IMG/VR virus record: IMGVR_UViG_3300011947_000001
Coordinates: 1-64,000 of that record
Strand: one strand, 5' to 3'
Length of the DNA: 64,000 bases
Origin: a virus
Taxonomy: Duplodnaviria > Caudoviricetes
In this document: positions 59,271 to 64,000 of the stretch, piece after piece
How positions within the stretch are numbered: the stretch's first letter is position 1
How the letters are laid out: every line of letters begins with the position of its first letter
Notes under the pieces: generated by a model
Databases searched by the model: none
Told to the model about the DNA's origin: nothing
Seen by the model: only the letters and a program-made list of their open reading frames with translations
Program-made: the position numbers and the translations under genes

Positions 59271-59691
59271 TAACACCACGGATTTTTATGCCATAGCTTT
59301 GATCTTCAAATGAATATATAAACCTAAAATCCGACAATACGATATCATTGACATCATTATACATATAAGTTTGAGTCATAAATTGTTGATCATTATAGAC
59401 GAATGTTGGGGAATCTACGATCCCAATGTTCAACTTTTTTAGGTCTAAAAATGAAATGAAGTATTCACGAAATCTACTACGTGTAATGAATTGAATATAG
59501 GCTTTATCAGTTATATTCGGTAAACTTTCCAGATACTTCATAATAGAATCTTTAACACCACAACCCAAATGAGGAATTTTATAATCATCGAATTCAATAT
59601 ACGTTTTGTTACTGAAATCATCCGCATTTTTAGTGCGGGTAAATTTGACAGTCAATTCATCAACATTAAGAAAATCTAATACTTCATTCAT
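59254..59691 (-). CDS. hypothetical protein (145 aa)
   Basis: ORF track. Confidence 0.7.
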   Translation of the reverse strand: MNEVLDFLNVDELTVKFTRTKNADDFSNKTYIEFDDYKIPHLGCGVKDSIMKYLESLPNITDKAYIQFITRSRFREYFISFLDLKKLNIGIVDSPTFVYNDQQFMTQTYMYNDVNDIVLSDFRFIYSFEDQSYGIKIRGVKKADQ

Positions 59692-59742
59692 GGAACAACA
59701 CCTGCATAATATAAAAATCTATTTATGCAGGTGCATTTGGTC

Positions 59743-60060
59743 TTATCCATAAAGTTTATGACAATATGATTCGATGATATTCAATGCTTCAGCATCAGTG
59801 AATTTTCCCCATTTGAAGAATCCATCAGCACCACCTTCCAACACATCCATATATGCCATTAATGGGATTTCAGATTGAATAACTTCATATATGTTGCGAA
59901 CATGGTCATATAACCAAGCTGTCATCTGCTTACATTCATCTAAGAATAACACATTGTTGAAATCGCCATTATATTTTCTATATACAAGTTTGAATATCGC
60001 GTTTGCAAACGCAGCACGATCATCCAGATAATTCCAGTTAAAATATTCTTCTTCAGCCAT
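59743..60060 (-). CDS. hypothetical protein (105 aa)
   Basis: ORF track. Confidence 0.7.
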   Translation of the reverse strand: MAEEEYFNWNYLDDRAAFANAIFKLVYRKYNGDFNNVLFLDECKQMTAWLYDHVRNIYEVIQSEIPLMAYMDVLEGGADGFFKWGKFTDAEALNIIESYCHKLYG

Positions 60061-61444
60061 TATTTTTCGCCTTCATAGTTACTAATACATTTTCATTGGA
60101 ATCCCAATTACCGAATTCATAATTATATTCAACAACAATATCTTCCCCAAGGGCCGATACATCCAGAATAGTATGGGAGCCGATTCCATTTTGATTATCT
60201 TTAAAATCATCATAATCTACTATATGTACCGCCCAAAGATCAGTACACACATAACCCATATTTTCATAATTAGGAAAATCTTCTTCACAAATACAATCTT
60301 CACAATCACAATGACATTCATCATCACTTCTACCGATAATGACTTCGCCTTTATTGTTCTGTAAAATATCAGGAGATGTATTACCACAATGCATATATAG
60401 GAAATTATGGTTAGCCCAATGATTAATCATCCTCATCATACCAAATTTATAATTGATGGAATTATATCCTACCATCTCATTTTCCTGATAGATTGGTAAT
60501 GAATCTAGGATGTTAGCTATCACAATCTTTCCAGATGGACACTTAAAATCGTATTTGAATATCTTCTGATCATAAATTTCAGTGCAAGGGTTTTCTAATG
60601 AACCGTACTGACCTGCATTCCTTTCCACATAAGTCTTATGACTTTTATTAAATTCATCATGGATGGAAACATTCACAGTTAGGTTCTTAAAATCAAAATC
60701 ATAATGGGCAGACATAGTATATTGACAACAATCACATTTGATCACGCTATGTGAATCAATACCGTTTTCAATAATATAATTGATGAATTCTTCGCTGTTC
60801 ATCATATCTATACCATATTTGCTAAGATCACCATCACGTTCTTTTAACATTTTAACCAACGATATTGTCAGTCCTGATGATGCTTTTTGGTAAAAATCAT
60901 TTCCACCTTCAATAATATTTCTGAAAACGTGTATATCATGATTAGTGATGCGATCATCAATCACATTCACTTTGAACAATGGGTATATTTCATCAATCTT
61001 ATTGTATATCTCAATATTTGGATGGTGTAGAATATATTCAGCCAGTGGGAATAGATCGACATAATGATTCTTACATTCCTTATGTTCATCTTTTATTGCT
61101 TCATCAAACCATAGACCAATTACACCTTCATTGAAATCCATCGTAAAACGCGCTTTAACGCTCGTTAGACAGCGATCACACTTAACCTGTACATGAGTAT
61201 CAATACCATATTGAATGACGTGATGTGGGCCTTTCTGTTCCATCAAAACATCGAATTTATCATACACCGTGGTTGCTAGGGCATGAGGGTAATACTTCTG
61301 AATTAAAAAGATGTGATCCCCAACAAAATAATTTGAATTGGCATATTTCATATCCAATTTCATATTTGTGATCAATGCGGTTAACTTCTCCATAGTGGAT
61401 AAAGTTTTATCTGTGACAATCGCTTTTAATTCTTCTTTCATCAT
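60053..61444 (-). CDS. hypothetical protein (463 aa) with internal duplication and Cys clusters
   Basis: HVQVKCDRC...FTMDF and HSVIKCDCC...YDFDF repeats; C-terminal CHCDCEDCIC. Confidence 0.7.
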   Translation of the reverse strand: MMKEELKAIVTDKTLSTMEKLTALITNMKLDMKYANSNYFVGDHIFLIQKYYPHALATTVYDKFDVLMEQKGPHHVIQYGIDTHVQVKCDRCLTSVKARFTMDFNEGVIGLWFDEAIKDEHKECKNHYVDLFPLAEYILHHPNIEIYNKIDEIYPLFKVNVIDDRITNHDIHVFRNIIEGGNDFYQKASSGLTISLVKMLKERDGDLSKYGIDMMNSEEFINYIIENGIDSHSVIKCDCCQYTMSAHYDFDFKNLTVNVSIHDEFNKSHKTYVERNAGQYGSLENPCTEIYDQKIFKYDFKCPSGKIVIANILDSLPIYQENEMVGYNSINYKFGMMRMINHWANHNFLYMHCGNTSPDILQNNKGEVIIGRSDDECHCDCEDCICEEDFPNYENMGYVCTDLWAVHIVDYDDFKDNQNGIGSHTILDVSALGEDIVVEYNYEFGNWDSNENVLVTMKAKNNG

Positions 61445-61767
61445 ATATTCTCAATCATATTAATTACACTATCGCCACCGCTGTAATACTGTTGGATATA
61501 TGGCTTAATTTCCCCCACAATTTCCAATCCATATTTGGCGGCGCATTCTATAAGGTGTTCTTTCTCTTTAATAATAGCAGCTTCATCATACAGTTTAAAC
61601 TCAAAATCCCAACATTCTTTGTAAAAAGAATAGGTATACATGAATTTACCATTGTATGTTAACCCCACTTCATCATAATTAATATCGTTACGCATATTGA
61701 ATTCTTCATGGTCGATTGGTTCTTTTAATTCTACAATCGCACCATATGTTATATATGTTTCCGACAT
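61441..61767 (-). CDS. hypothetical protein
   Basis: Start refined to ATG 61767 (GGAGAG SD). Confidence 0.75.
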   Translation of the reverse strand: MSETYITYGAIVELKEPIDHEEFNMRNDINYDEVGLTYNGKFMYTYSFYKECWDFEFKLYDEAAIIKEKEHLIECAAKYGLEIVGEIKPYIQQYYSGGDSVINMIENI

Positions 61768-61780
61768 TATTTCTCTCCAT

Positions 61781-62042
61781 AAAAAAAGTCGGTTATGTCT
61801 AGGGGAAGCATAACCGACTATAAAAAGAATATGTTTGTGTATCTTTAAGTGTCTTACGTTTATCAATACACATTCATGGAGATAGTGACTATATACAATC
61901 AGTCATCAGTACGTTCCAATTTACCGAATACCATTATTTCTAATGATACCTTTACCTAATCAAAGCAGAATTTTGGCAAACTCGTTGTCGCTCTAAGATT
62001 AATGGTAACAGTTTGATTGTGCTTTTGTTCAATCATTCCTTG
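61781..62042 (-). ncRNA. candidate small RNA or attenuated leader of about 260 nt
   Basis: TTGACA-17-TATATT promoter at 62049-62077; intrinsic terminator at 61781-61819 (11-bp stem plus U7); internal hairpins; only a 26-codon ORF inside. Confidence 0.4.
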
Positions 62043-62136
62043 AATACAAATATACTAAAACAAATTTGATGTGTCAAATATTTTTATAAATATTTTTAAT
62101 TAAATATAGATATAATAAATCTATTGGAAATTAGAC

Positions 62137-62604
62137 ATGAAATTTAAAGACTATCTAGCTGAAGAAGAACTAAAACATAAGTTGTATACGAAAGAAGAAA
62201 TTCGTGAACTTCGCGCTAAAAGTAAAGCTGATGCTGATAAACAATCAACTGAAGATAATGATCAAAAGGAAGATACAGAATCTTCAGCAAATAAAAATGC
62301 AGAAGATACCAGTGATAGTATCATTGGAGAAATAAAAGCGGCCTTAAAACAAGTTACTGAAGATGCAGACATAGTTACTGATGCTGATGTTTATATTGCT
62401 AAACAAGATGCCAAAGAATATCTTGGATATTTTGTTTATAAAAAAGCTATTGGTGATGAACAAGATGATTTCTATGTAGGGAAATTCATATATCGTGTCA
62501 CTGAACAAAAACTAGAAAGCTTAATTGATGATATTAAGGAATCATTCAAGAATCTGGCTGAAGCTGAAGAATACATCAAAAGCTATCAAGGCGTAAAAGC
62601 ATAA
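62137..62604 (+). CDS. acidic putative internal virion protein
   Basis: MKFKDYLAE; TATAAATA at 62085-62092 and TTAAATA at 62100-62106. Confidence 0.65.
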   Translation: MKFKDYLAEEELKHKLYTKEEIRELRAKSKADADKQSTEDNDQKEDTESSANKNAEDTSDSIIGEIKAALKQVTEDADIVTDADVYIAKQDAKEYLGYFVYKKAIGDEQDDFYVGKFIYRVTEQKLESLIDDIKESFKNLAEAEEYIKSYQGVKA

Positions 62605-62607
62605 TAA

Positions 62608-62631
62608 AAAAGACCTGTAATCAGGTCTTTT
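62608..62631. terminator. bidirectional intrinsic terminator
   Basis: AAAAGACCTG-TAAT-CAGGTCTTTT. Confidence 0.75.
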
Positions 62632-62636
62632 CTTTT

Positions 62637-62903
62637 TTAGTTGATTAGAACAATTGGTTCCAATTCATCTTTATAGTCTTCATATTCTTCTGGATCGTTT
62701 TCTTTATCGATCACAGTATCGAAAGAATACCCATCTTCCTCAATCATTTTATAACGCACCGATGGACTGAATACGCTGGTTGAATAACCATTACCTTCAT
62801 CATCTTTGGCATATGCCACTTCAACGTCGCCTAGTTCTGGATTTGCTGCAAGCAATTCCTGTAATTGTTGAATATATTCATTCAATTTCATTTTGTTCAC
62901 CAT
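62637..62903 (-). CDS. hypothetical protein (88 aa)
   Basis: ORF track. Confidence 0.7.
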   Translation of the reverse strand: MVNKMKLNEYIQQLQELLAANPELGDVEVAYAKDDEGNGYSTSVFSPSVRYKMIEEDGYSFDTVIDKENDPEEYEDYKDELEPIVLIN

Positions 62904-63168
62904 CCTTCATTAAATCAGATTTACGGATATGGTGATGACCACCAAACCCAAACAATCCCCAACCAGCATTAGGTTTTTGTGCACCAGTACAGTTATCACA
63001 TAGCGGGAAACCACAAACAAATTGTGCTGTATGGTCACATTCGCCAGTAGCTTGTTCCCCACATACGCAACACTTAATATCCTTGTGATCCTTACAACCA
63101 CATTCAGAATCTTCAATTTCGACCTTACAGCGGCCTACCCAAGCTTTATCAAAGTTACACTTCTTCAT
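62878..63168 (-). CDS. Cys-rich hypothetical protein
   Basis: CCVCGEQAT...C...CGFPLCDNC. Confidence 0.65.
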   Translation of the reverse strand: MKKCNFDKAWVGRCKVEIEDSECGCKDHKDIKCCVCGEQATGECDHTAQFVCGFPLCDNCTGAQKPNAGWGLFGFGGHHHIRKSDLMKDGEQNEIE

Positions 63169-63604
63169 AATCATCTTCCTTTTGAACACTTATATTCGGT
63201 TCATATTTGCCAAACAACACAATATATGTATGTTCAACATCCCCACCTTCTGGATGTGGATCATGCCATAATTTACCATTGTGATAGATTACACAATGCA
63301 TATAATCACGTGGGGATTTTCCGACAACTTGATAATATATATTAGGATTGGCTTTTAAATGTTCCTGAATCACTTCATCATCATATAGATACCAGTATTC
63401 AGCAAGATCATATTTCTTCAGGAAATCAGCGATTCGTTCATTGAATATCCGATTCTTTTCTTCTTGTGGCAAATCACAATCTTCACCTAGACCGTGATTA
63501 TAATAAGGTACTTCATCGATTGATAAACCAAGGAACGTGGCGTGAACTGCTGAAGCACAATTCCCACCTAATCCAAATTTAGTTTGATAAACTTTCTGAA
63601 ACAT
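63155..63604 (-). CDS. hypothetical protein with possible papain-like Cys/His pair
   Basis: QTKF...GNCASA...HCVIY...WHDPHP. Confidence 0.55.
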   Translation of the reverse strand: MFQKVYQTKFGLGGNCASAVHATFLGLSIDEVPYYNHGLGEDCDLPQEEKNRIFNERIADFLKKYDLAEYWYLYDDEVIQEHLKANPNIYYQVVGKSPRDYMHCVIYHNGKLWHDPHPEGGDVEHTYIVLFGKYEPNISVQKEDDYEEV

Positions 63605-63972
63605 TAAATCACCAGTGCATAGTATTGTTTCTTTTCCGATGTATCATTTGCGTCACCAGTAAATGGTAAATGGCCGCCAGCATCCAGAATTAATTTGCAG
63701 AATTCAAAATCACATGCATTTGGATATATTCGTTTATCTGGAATGAAATCTATATTCTTTTCGATTTCAATTATGTTATATGAATATATGCATGGTTTCC
63801 CATTCATTTCACCTTTTATATGGTGTTTAAATTCAGATGATTCATTCTCATATGACCAGTCATATACTAGCGTAACAATCTGACCATCCTTGAGATATAC
63901 ATGCCATGTATCACGGTTACATGTATATCCATACAATAATGTGCGATCTGTTTTATTAATCAGATCATCCAC
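63604..63972 (-). CDS. hypothetical protein (122 aa)
   Basis: ORF track. Confidence 0.7.
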   Translation of the reverse strand: MDDLINKTDRTLLYGYTCNRDTWHVYLKDGQIVTLVYDWSYENESSEFKHHIKGEMNGKPCIYSYNIIEIEKNIDFIPDKRIYPNACDFEFCKLILDAGGHLPFTGDANDTSEKKQYYALVI

Positions 63973-64000
63973 ACTAATGATATGAGGAACACCACGATAT

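Noticed and set aside
47450-61910. Repeated CTGATGA on the minus strand (near 47455, 52245, 61905, 43232) as hammerhead ribozyme cores
   Set aside because: No stem II followed by GAAA and no stem III/cleavage triplet at any site
2021-62106. TTAAATA alone as proof of late transcription
   Set aside because: An all-AT 7-mer is expected many times by chance in this genome; it was used only as supporting evidence when just upstream of a gene start
62637-62903. MKLNEYIQQ as another capsid-targeting tag
   Set aside because: Lacks the aromatic residue at position 3 and the L/I-x-E; sits inside an early-type operon without a late promoter
1-64000. Alternative genetic code (stop-codon reassignment)
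   Set aside because: Conserved genes (ligase, topoisomerase, nrdB, the 1878-aa baseplate protein) are intact under the standard code, and coding density is high
1-64000. CRISPR array, tRNA genes, reverse transcriptase/DGR, integrase
   Set aside because: No regularly spaced direct repeats, cloverleaf with T-loop consensus, or RT/integrase motifs seen by eye; a tRNAscan or CRISPR-finder run would be needed to exclude them fully

Overview
AT-rich 64-kb segment of a large T4-superfamily myovirus genome read with the standard genetic code. The host cannot be assigned from sequence, although a DUF3380-type endolysin suggests a Gram-negative one. The window holds: rIIA (partial); a baseplate/neck/tail-completion block (PAAR, gp25, gp6, gp7/gp8-like, 1878-aa VrlC/DUF4815-like, gp13, gp14, gp15, gp16); an endolysin; and nucleotide and DNA metabolism genes (glutaredoxin, nrdB, nrdA, Pif1-like helicase, dCMP deaminase, both topoisomerase II subunits, ATP-dependent DNA ligase). 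It also has two free-standing homing endonucleases and long runs of small early genes behind sigma70-type promoters. Two things stand out. (1) At least 14 late-looking genes begin with a T4 capsid-targeting-like N-terminus, M-K/N/S-F/Y-x-x-F/Y-L/I-x-E. They include seven paralogues with an ADP-ribosyltransferase-like R..S..E motif order, a protein-kinase-fold protein and a zeta-toxin-like P-loop kinase, which suggests a virion-packaged, injected enzyme arsenal. (2) nrdA is fractured into two ORFs carrying the halves of a naturally split intein. Between them lies an HNH endonuclease whose start codon sits in a 13-bp hairpin with a late promoter in the loop. All protein family calls come from motif recognition by eye; no database search was run.
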